Under the pieces are notes generated by a model. It was not told the DNA's origin. It did no database searches and saw nothing but the letters and a program-made list of their open reading frames with translations. A program made the translations under genes and the position numbers. Of a stretch of 64,000 nucleotides of DNA, positions 36,201-47,004 are shown piece by piece. The number at the start of each line of letters is the position of its first letter. Positions within the stretch are counted from its first letter, which is position 1. The stretch comes from Takakia lepidozioides. Taxonomy: Eukaryota > Plantae > Bryophyta. Location of the stretch: contig CM060733.1 of assembly GCA_030704615.1 (NCBI GenBank), forward strand, positions 66,340,001 through 66,404,000, in the 5' to 3' direction.

Positions 36201-38064
36201 TAGAAATCAACATTCAACCCGATTGGTGGAACAAGATAGTGGCGGCTTCTAAAGATGATGGGGAGATCGTGGACGCTAAGAAGAAGGGCAAAGTGACAGA
36301 AGTTCGAGGGTTGGTATTCAGGAAGGTAAACTTTTGATCCCTGATGAACCTGCATTGAAGACAAAAGTCTTGTTTGAAGCTCATGATACGGCGATAATAT
36401 GACATGTTGGAGTTGAAAAAACATTCGAACAACTAAAACAAACATTTTATTGGCCGTGGATGTGAGACAAGGTGGAGGCGTACGTTCGAAGTTGCATGAA
36501 ATGTCAACAAAACAAGTCAACAAACCGCAAGCCAACAGGTCTTTTACAACCACTATCAGTACCAAACAGACGTTGAGAACATATGAGCATGGATTTAGTT
36601 TGTGAGTTATCTCAAACTTTATCGGGATACGACACTATAGTGGTCTTTGTAGACCAATTGAGTAAGATGATACACATCCGTCCCACTAGAAAATCCGTCA
36701 CTGCACCTAAACTAGCTCGACTATATCTGGAAGCGGTCTATTCCCATCATGGGCTATCTAAAGTTCTCATTACTGACAGGGTACCCAATTTATTAGCTTG
36801 TTTTGGAAAAACTTATTTGGTCTTTTCAAAACCAAATTAGCTATGTCAACAGCCTATCATCCGGAGTCAGATGGGTAGACAGAGCGAGCGAATCGTACAA
36901 TTGAAGACATGTTGCGGGCCTTTATGTTAGAAGAACAAGAAGAGTCGGATTGGTTATTACCATTGGTAGAATTTTCATACAATAACTCGGTCAACGCGTC
37001 AACGAAAGAAACTCCTTTCTTTTTAATGTATGGTGAACACCCAAATGTGCCAACAACTCTTACAAAGTTCAAGTTACCAAATGAGGAGTTATCCAAGGTA
37101 GCCGCGACTAACGCATTTGTGCAACAAATTCAACGGGGAATACGTCAAGCTAAAGAGAAGCTGATGGTTGCCCAAAATCACCAAAAACAGTATGCAAATG
37201 CACATCGACAAGATGAGGAGTTTGCAGTTGGGGATCAAGTGTGGTTGTCTACAACCAATTTACACATCATTGGATCGCGAAAACTAGGGGCACGGTTCAT
37301 TGGTCATTTTTCGATCATTAAACGTATTGGAGTAGTAGCATACAAGCTGGAGTTACCACCACATATGAAGATCCACCCGGTGTTTCACGTTTCTCTACTA
37401 CGTCGTTACAAACCTCGACCATTTGCAATATTCAAAGATAATCAAGAACCACAACCTTTACCAAAGTTGATAGACGGAAATGAATAGTGGGAGGTCGACC
37501 GTGTTCTGAAAAAACGCACATACAAACGAGGGCGACATGAGGTGTTGGAGTATTTGGTTTTATGGAAAAGATTTCCATTATATGAAGCTACCTGGGAATC
37601 GGTGCAAAATCTCGCAAATGCTCAATTGGCAATTCAAGCTTTTGAAAATTCGAACAACGAGGACGTTGCTTCTTGAAAGAGGGGATGATTATAACATGGT
37701 AGAATCTAGAAGGTTCTAGATGGAAGAGGAAAGTTTCCTAAAAGTTTCCAAAATAACTAGGAAGGTTCCTAGGAAATTTGACTTAACGAAGTTTGACTTG
37801 AGGCTCTCAAGTCAAACCTATAAGATATTTATATTATGGAGAGAAGGTCAAATGTTTGATAAAGTCATATTGTGGAGAATATGTCAAACCTAGGAAGGTT
37901 GACTTTAGGAGGTTTTGACTTGAGGCTCTCAAGTCAAACCTTTAAAATAATCATATTGTGAAGGGTATATAAACATGCAATGAAAGCCTAGAAGGCATCG
38001 AGTTATTTTGGGAAAAAGTTGAGAAATACTTCTATTTTAGTTTGTGTAGATCCTGGGTGTTACA
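33206..38064 (+). mobile_element. Decayed Ty3/gypsy chromovirus (gag-PR-RT-RH-IN-chromodomain, PPT, 3' LTR; 5' LTR absent)
   Basis: PTPMELG and CYNCGKYGHLAANC (gag); LINPGAT (PR); [33 protein letters not shown] (RT); ETDHKP (RH); SMDLV, WLLPLVEFSYN, HPVFHVSLL (IN); YLVLWK...EATWE (chromodomain); purine tract at 37676-37686. Confidence 0.95.
37690..38064 (+). repeat. 3' LTR of the chromovirus with two internal hairpins
   Basis: Ends TATAACA...TGTTACA; TTTGACTTGAG-GCT-CTCAAGTCAAA at ~37792 and ~37914. Confidence 0.75.
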
Positions 38065-40204
38065 TGCCGCAACGGAAGAGAAAACATGGATGAGACTGGA
38101 AAGCTTCTCCATTTTTATCTCTTAGCTTACAACTGGTTATCCCTCCGTTCTTCCTTTTTCTGTGCAGCTCTCCCCTTTTCCAGATTTCTTTTCTCACCCT
38201 TGCATGACAAAATATTCTCTGGGTATCATGTAGAACACTGCACCCTTCCTACATGTTGTGCAATTACACCAAGGCAACACATCCAGCAGGACCAGATACA
38301 GAATTTCTGAGTTGATATCTCAAGGATGCCCCACATTCCGTGTTTGGTCATTTTCTCTTCCCAAACAAGGCCCTCCATTCTGAGTGCTTTCAGAGACAAT
38401 TCAGGTTTGTCAGTCAGTGATAAAGAGCCCATTATCTACATCTACATTCTACCCCATCCTTACCTTTTGCATTCAGCTTTGAACCAACAGAGTTCTCAAA
38501 CTAAATCCCCTCATTCTGGGATCAAACATCAGGTTTCAGCTTCAGTAAGGCAACTACACTAAACAGCTTAAAATAATTTTCCACTTCATCCCTCTGATGT
38601 ATGCATGCCACATAAATTCAGAATACCCTAGTTCTCCAATGAAACATTATCACCCTCATCTTTCTATTGTTAAAAAGACAGCTAACCCTACTGGTTTGTG
38701 CTCTACTGTGCTCAAAATTGCATGTACATTTGACATCAAACTTCAATGCAACATTGAGTCCAGATTCATGCTACTGGAAACAGATGATCTGAAACAAAAG
38801 AAACATCATACACTTAGTGACTTGCATCTGCCCTCTAATCAATATTCCCACAAACATATGCATCCTCTCACATCCTCTCCACAATCTCCCTGGTTTGAAA
38901 TCAGGTCACCTCCATTCCATTTCTCAAAATCTTATCTCCTACATCAGTCTTGCTTGAGAGCTCCTAAGTCAAAAGCAACAACAACTATTCTAAGTCCCAA
39001 GAAAAGGACGTCAGGCATCATCGCACTTAGCTGTTCTTATATCCTCCCCTAAGTGAGGCTCATCCCCCGTTTCTGCTGCCATCAGGTCTCATTCGCCATT
39101 GTCACTGCCATGCTGGCACACCCAAAAGGACATGGTACATTACTCTATGGCAAAAATCTTTCACTTCCGTTTCAGCCGTTCGTCATGAATTCTGCACACT
39201 TGACAGGCTCTAATTTCCACGATCTGCAGCACTAATCACTATGTAGCCAGTCCTTTCTGCGCCTTACTTTATCTCTACTACTATTTACACTTCTAAACTA
39301 TAATGAAAACTTAGTATGAGCAGGTTACCCGCATCTGATCGTCATAAACAGGTTCGTCGTGTATATAATCGTCACAAATAGGTCCGCCATGCATCTGATC
39401 GTCATAAACAGGGCCGCCATGTCTAATCGCCACCATCCTCCAGCGCATCCTTGCCATCCTTCCCTAAAACAAGCTAATTGCTACGATACAGAAGCCCTAC
39501 CGCGTCAGATTTGTTGCTCTGTCCATACACATGTCAGTAACCCTATCTTTTAAAGATACACCAAGTCATCACGCCACTACCCTCTCTGCCTGCCGCATGT
39601 CATCCTTCAAAATCAACGATCTCAAAGCAAAATGGCAGAACTGACACACTACACTAAGCCATCATTCCCTCGTGAGATCATTTCCAGGCAAGAATCACAA
39701 AGGCCATGTGGCTCTGCTTCTCTCCACCTGCAGCTGCACATATGCCGATATGCCCTTCCCCATAGGTCATTCCTCAGCAGTAAGAATCATCAAGCCCATG
39801 CGGCACTGCCGCTCTTCATTTTCCAGGAAAGAGTCACAAAGCCATGCGGCACCGCCTCCCTTTGTATAGAAGTTGCACACATGCCAAGTTGTTCCTTGGC
39901 AGCTTATCCTTTAAGAACCCTGCCCTCTGGATAACCCAAATCATCACTCATGAGCCACTGCCCTCACCATTTCTTCCCATCTGCAGCGGTTCATCACGTC
40001 AAGCTGCTTCTCCACGCAAGCTCATCCTCCAGCATTCAATGAAAAGACGAATGGCGGCACCGCTTGCATTTTCTGACAGCTGCTGCACCACATCCTTAGC
40101 TGCTCTCTGCTCTTGCTCATTCCACAGCCTCTCAGCAAAATCCTCCTGCTCGTTCTTCTTCTGCGCATAGCATCCCGTAGGGCATTCCCCGCCATCGCGC
40201 ATAG

Positions 40205-40545
40205 ATGAAGTTCATTCATCTCCCGGATGAAAAACACACCTGGCCATACGTTCATCCTCATGATAATAAATCATGTATGAACTATGTTCATCTGATGGAT
40301 GAAAAATCGCAGGTACTTAGGCTATATCCTGGCCGAGCATTCCCCAATGTTCCCATGATGTTCCTAGAACACGGATGTACTTCATTCATCCACCGGATGA
40401 AAAATCCATTGTTTCATAGCTTGCTTCCATCTAGGGGAAAATCCTTTTCTCAACTCTTGAAATAACCTGGCAAGTATGGATGAACTCCGCCATCGTTGGG
40501 ATGATAAATGAGGGTAAAATCCGTCCATTCACTGGATGAAATAGA
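40205..40545. repeat. Cluster of imperfect palindromes TTCATC(N3-6)GATGAA
   Basis: ttcatctcccggatgaa, ttcatcctcatgat, ttcatctgatggatgaa, ttcatccaccggatgaa and ttcactggatgaa within ~340 bp. Confidence 0.55.
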
Positions 40546-40743
40546 ATCACAGGGATAGCTCAACTTCATTCCCACTGGTATCAGAATCCCTATTTTGTAT
40601 AAGTGCAGAATTTGAACAAGTAACAACAAATTTTTTAATGTCACTCCCGTGCATTCACACTACAGTCTGTAGTCAGGTCATGTCGGATTGGTCTGTGAGA
40701 ACCACCATGGTGCATCTGAGCAGGAAAAGATTGAAACACAGCC

Positions 40744-41569
40744 TGCATAGATTAACAATAGACAGATCCAATAATGAGAACCACTACCATGAGCGTGCTA
40801 GACAAACATCTTCATTGTCATTAATCAACGCACTGCCACTCTAACGGATACATCATCATGTCTGCATAGGTAAAAATGCCAACTAGAAATAACATGGTAA
40901 CAGATAAGCTTTCTAGACCTGTTAACCATGCATTCCTGTTGAAGAAATTTTATGCTTGTTACTTGGTCTGCATGCAAACAGCACTAACACAGACATCTTC
41001 ATCAGCTCCTAATTAGGGATGCATACTAGTATACACTTCCAATAAACTCCATTCTTTTAAGAGATTAATTAATCTCTAATCTCTTTCCCTCTCTCACACA
41101 CAAATACAAACAAGTAGAGTGACAGGCAGTGAAATCACAGTCCCCTGCCAAATTTTTCTCCAATGAGGGGCTAGAGCAGCACAGCTGAACTAGCTTGTGA
41201 TTTGTAGGTTGTGCACATTTATGGCTGAGTTCCCATAATCCCCAGAATAAGCTCATGCATGGGTTGATAACCAAAGGGGACTGAACCCTGGACGGTGTTT
41301 TGTAGCCAATATCCACCTCTACAAGATTCCCGGAACGGAGCCGTATGACGCGAGAGTGTCACGTACGGTTCCTTGAGAAGGGAGTGGATACCTATTCTTG
41401 GGCCCGATCGGGCCACGGAGCTGCGCCCCTACTCTCCTAGTCCATGTACATTGCCTTTTCCAGGAGGTCGGCTGCCCATCCCAGATATTCCTATTTTGCA
41501 GTGGTCATCAAGGACCGAGACCAAGAAACTCGCACCCCCTGGATTTCAAGAAGATCAAGAAGTTATTCA
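40744..41569. mobile_element. Solo LTR with degenerate 5-bp target-site duplication
   Basis: TGCATA...TATTCA splits the repeat ttgaaaca-cggcc-tgctaagaccaag (intact at 42359-42383); flanks CAGCC (40739-40743) and CGGGC (41570-41574) are each one change from CGGCC. Confidence 0.75.
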
Positions 41570-41614
41570 CGGGCTACTAAGACCAAGCTGACTCTCCCAA
41601 GAACCTTGTAAACA

Positions 41615-42310
41615 TCATGAAGAATACCAAATCATGGTACAAACAGTAGGAGTGAGACCATGATCTTGATTCATGGAATCAAAGTAGTGACATCCTTCAT
41701 CCACTAGGCCCACATGGCTACATGCAAAGAGAAGAGATATGAACGTGATATTGTTGGGCTTCCAGCCTTCCTGTTGCATTCTTTCAAATAGTTGCACACC
41801 CTCCCTACGACAGCCATGCTGGGCACATGCCGCTATCATCCCACTCCATGAGACCAAATCTCTTTTAGCCATGTTGTTGATCATTTGACGAGCATCCTTC
41901 ATGCCCCCGCATTTGGCATACATGTCCACAAGGGCATTCTCCAAATTATTGTATGGGACAATTCCAACTTTCATCACGTCAGCATGGACCTCTTTGCCTT
42001 TCTCCAGGGCTCCTAGGCTGGCACAAGCATTGAGAACACATATGAACGTGAACCTTCGAAGCTTCCCTACCACACCCATGCTGGGCATATCCCGAAGTCA
42101 CTCCACTCCATGAAACCACATTCTGTTTAGGCACACTTGCCATGCATCCATCATGCTCCCACATTTAGCATACATATATCGATAAGGATATTCTCCAAAA
42201 TGATATATGGCGCAATTCCACTGTTGTTGATGGCAACATGGACCTGCTTGCCCATTTCTAGGGCTTGTAGGCTGGCATAGGCATTGAGAATGCAAGTGAA
42301 TGTGACCCTG
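41615..42310 (-). pseudogene. PLS-class PPR pseudogene fragment
   Basis: TFICVLNACASLGALEKGKEVH...NALVDMYAKCG...TFISLLFACSHVGLVDEGCHYFDSM; frameshifts; flanked by the repeat unit also found in 27330-28150. Confidence 0.88.
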
Positions 42311-43234
42311 TCAAGTCCCGCTGCATTCGCTCATAGATCTTGCAAGCCTCCCCACCATTGAAACACGGCCTGCTAAGACCAAGAAAACATTTCGGGCAGT
42401 CCGGGCAGGTCCCAACGGCCTGCTACGACCAAGAAAACATTCCGGGCAATCCGGGTAGGTCCCGAAAAAATTGACAACGAAACGTGACAACGATGACATG
42501 GCACTATACCCTATATCTGCTCTACGCTAAACTAGCTTTCGGTCGTCGCTAGAATTTTCAAAGAATCTTATTTGACAAACCCTAAATTAGTCGGCCTGTA
42601 GAGTGCAAGCTCTCCTCCACAAACACTTTGTCAAGGCACCTACTCACAGCAACTGAGCATCCACACCCCTGCTGCACCCTGGCAAAACGTGGGGAAGCCA
42701 TGGTACCTAAGCAGAGAAGCAAACCAGACTTGATTGCAGTTTTGAGTATCATCACTTGCATGGCGAGGTGCTGGTAACTGTTCAGAATTCCAAGAACAAT
42801 TAGCTATTGAAGGAAAACTTATTGATTAGACAAACCCCTTGGAATGAAACAATAGGAGTGGGGTATACAATACAGAGATCACTCGGAGAGGTGCCACAGA
42901 CTTTCCCTGCAGTTGCTTGTAGACAATGCTTGGGTATCTGTGGAAAGAGAACTTTACTCTTCCCACTGGAAGTACTCCTACATACAGTCAAAACTTTAGG
43001 GCACTTGCTGACACACTGCATCCTTGTCCCTTCACTGGCTGTCACCCATATTTTGCTCACAATCTATGGCTACAGGGGTAGCAAACACAGTATACAGAAT
43101 ACAACTATCTCCCCTCCGCCCTGACTAAAGTAGACAGCTGAATGATGCTATTTGTACATGATTGTCAGCTCACCTCTGTTCCAAAAATCAAAAACTTGCT
43201 GGTATGGTTGCTACTTGGTCAGAGAAGCCTCGAG

Positions 43235-46200
43235 CTACAGGCGAGGTGCTGCCATCTGCTGCTTCTTCACAAATGGTCCTGCTTTCACCGCGGAGATGTC
43301 ATGGGGAGTGATGAAGATCCACTGAGAGCCTTGTTGCACAGCAAAGTCTACAACAGTATCCAGACTGATTTTGCGGCTGACAGCATCCATGAACACATCA
43401 AACTCGTCCATGCCACGGAAGGGTGCCTCTGTCATCTCATGGAGTGCCAGGGCAAATGACAATGTTGAATAGGACCTCTCTCCTCCTGAGAGAGCCCGTG
43501 TGTCTTTAACGGCACTATTTGAAGCATCTTGGGGCATCTGTACTTCTAGCGACAATGTTTCCTTCTCATAATCCACTGTGACGTGACCACTAAAGCCCTT
43601 CTTTCGGAGGTGCCCATTGAATTGCCAGGTGAGCTGGCGCCGAAGAAAAATGGCATTGCGCTGGAACTTTTTGCAACGGACTTTATAAGCTGCATTCAGC
43701 ATGTCCAGTTTAGCCCTGAAGCTCTTGTATAGGAGCTCCCGCTTGGCCACCTTCCGCTCAATTTTGTGCCGCCTACTTTCAAGCTCTTCCATTGGCTCAT
43801 TCTGCCGTTCTTCACGGGCAACTCTATCTTGAAGCCGAGAGAGCAAGCTGCTTAGCTCCTGTGTTGTCTTGTTAACTCCACCTAGAGCTGTCACTTCCTC
43901 CTCAGCACACACTTGGGCTGCCTTTCCCTTTCTTTCCTCATGTTCTTTGTGCAGATTATCAACCACCTTCATAGCATCACTGACGTCAGGCAGCACCTTG
44001 TTCTGCATGACTTTCCGAAAATGGTCCACAGCAGTGACAGCATTGTTCAACTCATACTCAAGGGAGACTAACTCACGCTCTGCCACTTGGCTGGCTTCAA
44101 TGTCTCCCCTTGCAGATTCCCGCAGCTGATCAAAGCAAGACTTGATAGCCTGAACCTTTTCTTGCACCCTCCCCAGCCTAAACTGCAGCTTCACCAGTGA
44201 GTCTTGGTCTCCCTGTATTTCTTCTGTTGCTCTTGAGATTTCATCTTCGAGCTCATTAACATTAGGCTCGATATCCATTGTCGATTCAGCATGGGCAGCA
44301 TTCTGCATATCTCGCAGATAGATCTCCTGTGATGTGATATTTTTCTGGAGATCAAGCTTCCTCCTCTTGACGAATTGTAACTGTGAGATGAAGTTGCGGC
44401 CAGAATCTTCAGCAGCACGCTTGCGGCTCTCAGCTGAAAGCCTGTTCCCATCCAGTTCGGCCGCTTGTATTCTGGCTTGCTCCATTTGATCATCCACTTG
44501 TACCCCGAGCCGTCCTTGGAGTCGCCGGTCTCTAGGCAGTGTAGTCTCACTGCCCCCTCGTGCAAACATCTTCAGTCCATCCTGAGTCAAAACCTCTTTC
44601 ACATTTTTGGAGAGGTCAGATGAACCAAACGCATATTTCTTGCCATCTTCATAGTCTCTAGCCAGAACTTGTCTTTCCACACTCCCTTGGTCTATAAGGG
44701 TATTCATGATAATCACACTCTCAGTTTGAAGGACTGACATTACAGTCACCAGGCTGGGGTGTGGCAGCAAATGCGGTGGCATTCGTAAGGGAGGTCGGTC
44801 AAAGTCATAAACAATGATCTGCAGCCAATTGTACCTCGACCTCTCAGCACACTTGCGGAGAAGAAGCATGTCCTGATGGTTGGTAACAACAAAGGCGTTC
44901 AGAAGCTTGCCAACTGCTACCTCGATTGCAAGTGCCCAAGTGTCATCTCCCACTAATGCAACATGGGCTCCGATGGGGCCTACGGGTGACCTGGTAAAGC
45001 TTCGCTTTTCTGACTCGATCACTTGTAGCAACTGAAGGACTTTCTCCCCCCCAAACGCTGTCACTGTGTGGGTCTGCTGGGAACGAAGCCGTTGGATATA
45101 AACCTGCGTATCCCGAAGTCTCTGCTCAATTTCCTCCAAGTCTGATTTGATGCCACCTATCTGTTGAGAAACAACATCGACCTCTATCTGCAGGTTCGAT
45201 TCTTCTTGAGCTAACCTTTTCAGCTGTCCATGGGCCATGTCAAGGTCTTGCTTAAGCTGCTGGAACCGCTCCTCCCTTCCTGATTCCTCAGCTTGAGTGG
45301 CTTGAGTATGACTGTCACGAATGTCTACAACATGTTGTTGTAGAGTTTGCAACTGTTCCTTATGCCTTGCGATTTGCCCCTGCTTGTTGTTCAAGTCCTC
45401 TTCTAAGCCTGCTCTTTCACGAGTAGCCTCAGAGAGCTCCCGCTGCAGCCCGTTCTGGGAGGACCTCAGATGCTCGGTAGTCTCGAGCAGGCCGGCGATT
45501 GAAGCCTGCTTCATACTAATGGCCTCTCTCACCTTGTCTGCAGTCACCTGAGCATGATCAATCTTCTCTTGGCAAAGTGGGATACGGCTCCGATACTTCT
45601 CTAAATTTCTCCCTGCTTCTTGGAGCTTCTTCTCTGCATCGTACACCCATGACCAGGCTAGCAAATTCTTCAGAATTCCCACCTGCTGTGCCATAACCTC
45701 CACTTCTTGCACACTTTTAATTTGGTCCTCCAGTACCTTCAGCTCCTCGAAGTATGGCATTAACTCCTCTTTCAATTCTTCGATCCTGGCAGTGGTATTC
45801 TCCATATTGGTCCCAATTGTACTCAGCAGGTCTCCCACTTGATGTAGCAACGTGGCTCTGTAGTAAAACTTAAACTTCTCTCTGCCACTGCCACCATGCA
45901 AAAACTCCCTGCTTTTATCCTGAGTCATGATGACACAAGGATTTTCCACTTCTATATTGAAGTGCTCCAATAGCTCCTGTAGATCCTCCCTTTTGGATCC
46001 AACCTTTCTGCTCTTCTCGTCTTTCATGGTGAAGGTTTGGCCACTCTCAGTGATTCTCCGCTCAATTGTGATTAGCTTACCGTACATGTCCGGCTTGAAA
46101 GCATCAGCTCCTTCGTTCTTCATCTCAACTATGACTGATCCATAGTAGCTGCCGTTCTTGATGAAATCCTTGAGGGAAGTTGCTCGCTGCGTGCCTCGGG

Positions 46201-46393
46201 CTTTGATACCAAAGGCAACACACAGAGCTGTCAGAATGGCGCTCTTCCCACTCCCATTTTGCCCAGTTATGAAGTTCACCCTGTCGTTCAACTCTATGGA
46301 AAGACTGCTGTGACACATGAAATTCTCCACCTTGATTCTCCTGATCGACCCGGCTTTCTCCCCTCTCGCTGAGTCTTCCGTGCATTGCTCCAT
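43235..46393 (-). CDS. SMC6: Structural maintenance of chromosomes protein 6, intact and intronless (~1052 aa from ATG 46393)
   Basis: NFMCH...GQNGSGKSAILTALC (Walker A), TQDKSREFL, hinge PVGPIG, LSGGERSYSTL (signature), MDEFDVFMD (Walker B/D-loop), FITPH; one uninterrupted ORF. Confidence 0.96.
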   Translation of the reverse strand: MEQCTEDSARGEKAGSIRRIKVENFMCHSSLSIELNDRVNFITGQNGSGKSAILTALCVAFGIKARGTQRATSLKDFIKNGSYYGSVIVEMKNEGADAFKPDMYGKLITIERRITESGQTFTMKDEKSRKVGSKREDLQELLEHFNIEVENPCVIMTQDKSREFLHGGSGREKFKFYYRATLLHQVGDLLSTIGTNMENTTARIEELKEELMPYFEELKVLEDQIKSVQEVEVMAQQVGILKNLLAWSWVYDAEKKLQEAGRNLEKYRSRIPLCQEKIDHAQVTADKVREAISMKQASIAGLLETTEHLRSSQNGLQRELSEATRERAGLEEDLNNKQGQIARHKEQLQTLQQHVVDIRDSHTQATQAEESGREERFQQLKQDLDMAHGQLKRLAQEESNLQIEVDVVSQQIGGIKSDLEEIEQRLRDTQVYIQRLRSQQTHTVTAFGGEKVLQLLQVIESEKRSFTRSPVGPIGAHVALVGDDTWALAIEVAVGKLLNAFVVTNHQDMLLLRKCAERSRYNWLQIIVYDFDRPPLRMPPHLLPHPSLVTVMSVLQTESVIIMNTLIDQGSVERQVLARDYEDGKKYAFGSSDLSKNVKEVLTQDGLKMFARGGSETTLPRDRRLQGRLGVQVDDQMEQARIQAAELDGNRLSAESRKRAAEDSGRNFISQLQFVKRRKLDLQKNITSQEIYLRDMQNAAHAESTMDIEPNVNELEDEISRATEEIQGDQDSLVKLQFRLGRVQEKVQAIKSCFDQLRESARGDIEASQVAERELVSLEYELNNAVTAVDHFRKVMQNKVLPDVSDAMKVVDNLHKEHEERKGKAAQVCAEEEVTALGGVNKTTQELSSLLSRLQDRVAREERQNEPMEELESRRHKIERKVAKRELLYKSFRAKLDMLNAAYKVRCKKFQRNAIFLRRQLTWQFNGHLRKKGFSGHVTVDYEKETLSLEVQMPQDASNSAVKDTRALSGGERSYSTLSFALALHEMTEAPFRGMDEFDVFMDAVSRKISLDTVVDFAVQQGSQWIFITPHDISAVKAGPFVKKQQMAAPRL

Positions 46394-46639
46394 ACCTGCG
46401 CAATTCGTCGTCACACACGGACGAGCGAGCGAAGACGAGAACGAGGGCAGGGCAGGGCGGGAAAGTTGAAAGTGACGCTGTTCGCTCTTAGGGCTACGTA
46501 TGGTGGGAGTCCCCGCCACTCGGGACCCTCGTACCGCGGAACACCCTCGTGGCGGGGACTCCCACTGCGTAAAGCCCGGATTTTTTTTCTTTTAATGGTG
46601 GCTCATCTTTTATTTTTACTATCAATTTATTGAAAAGAA

Positions 46640-46990
46640 CTCTGTCATGTGGTCATCATAGTAAGGGAGATCTCTCTTGCACCTCACTACAGACTACTAC
46701 ATTAATGTCCTTCATCATGCTTCATTCTTTCGCAACATTGAGATTTGCTGAAAACATCTATGTCATGCGATCATTATAGCAAGGGAGATCTCCCTTGCAC
46801 CCCACCACACTATTACAATGTCATTCATCACCCACACAAGTTTGCTCGTTCGAGACATTAAACTATTGATTTACTGAAGAAAAAAAATCTATGTCATTAT
46901 AGCAGCATGGGAGATCTCATTTCCACATCTCTACAGACTACTACAATACCTTCATCACGCTCACTTTGCTCTTTCAGAGCACAGAGATTT
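46640..46990 (+). repeat. Three diverged ~120-bp tandem units upstream of SMC6
   Basis: tgtcat...atag.aagggagatctc...cac...actactaca....cttcatca at ~46640, 46760 and 46890. Confidence 0.7.
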
Positions 46991-47004
46991 TAAAAATATA
47001 TATC

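Noticed and set aside
46394-46519. N-terminal extension of SMC6 from the ORF track
   Set aside because: It starts at a non-ATG codon; ATG 46393 gives the expected SMC6 N-terminus and length.
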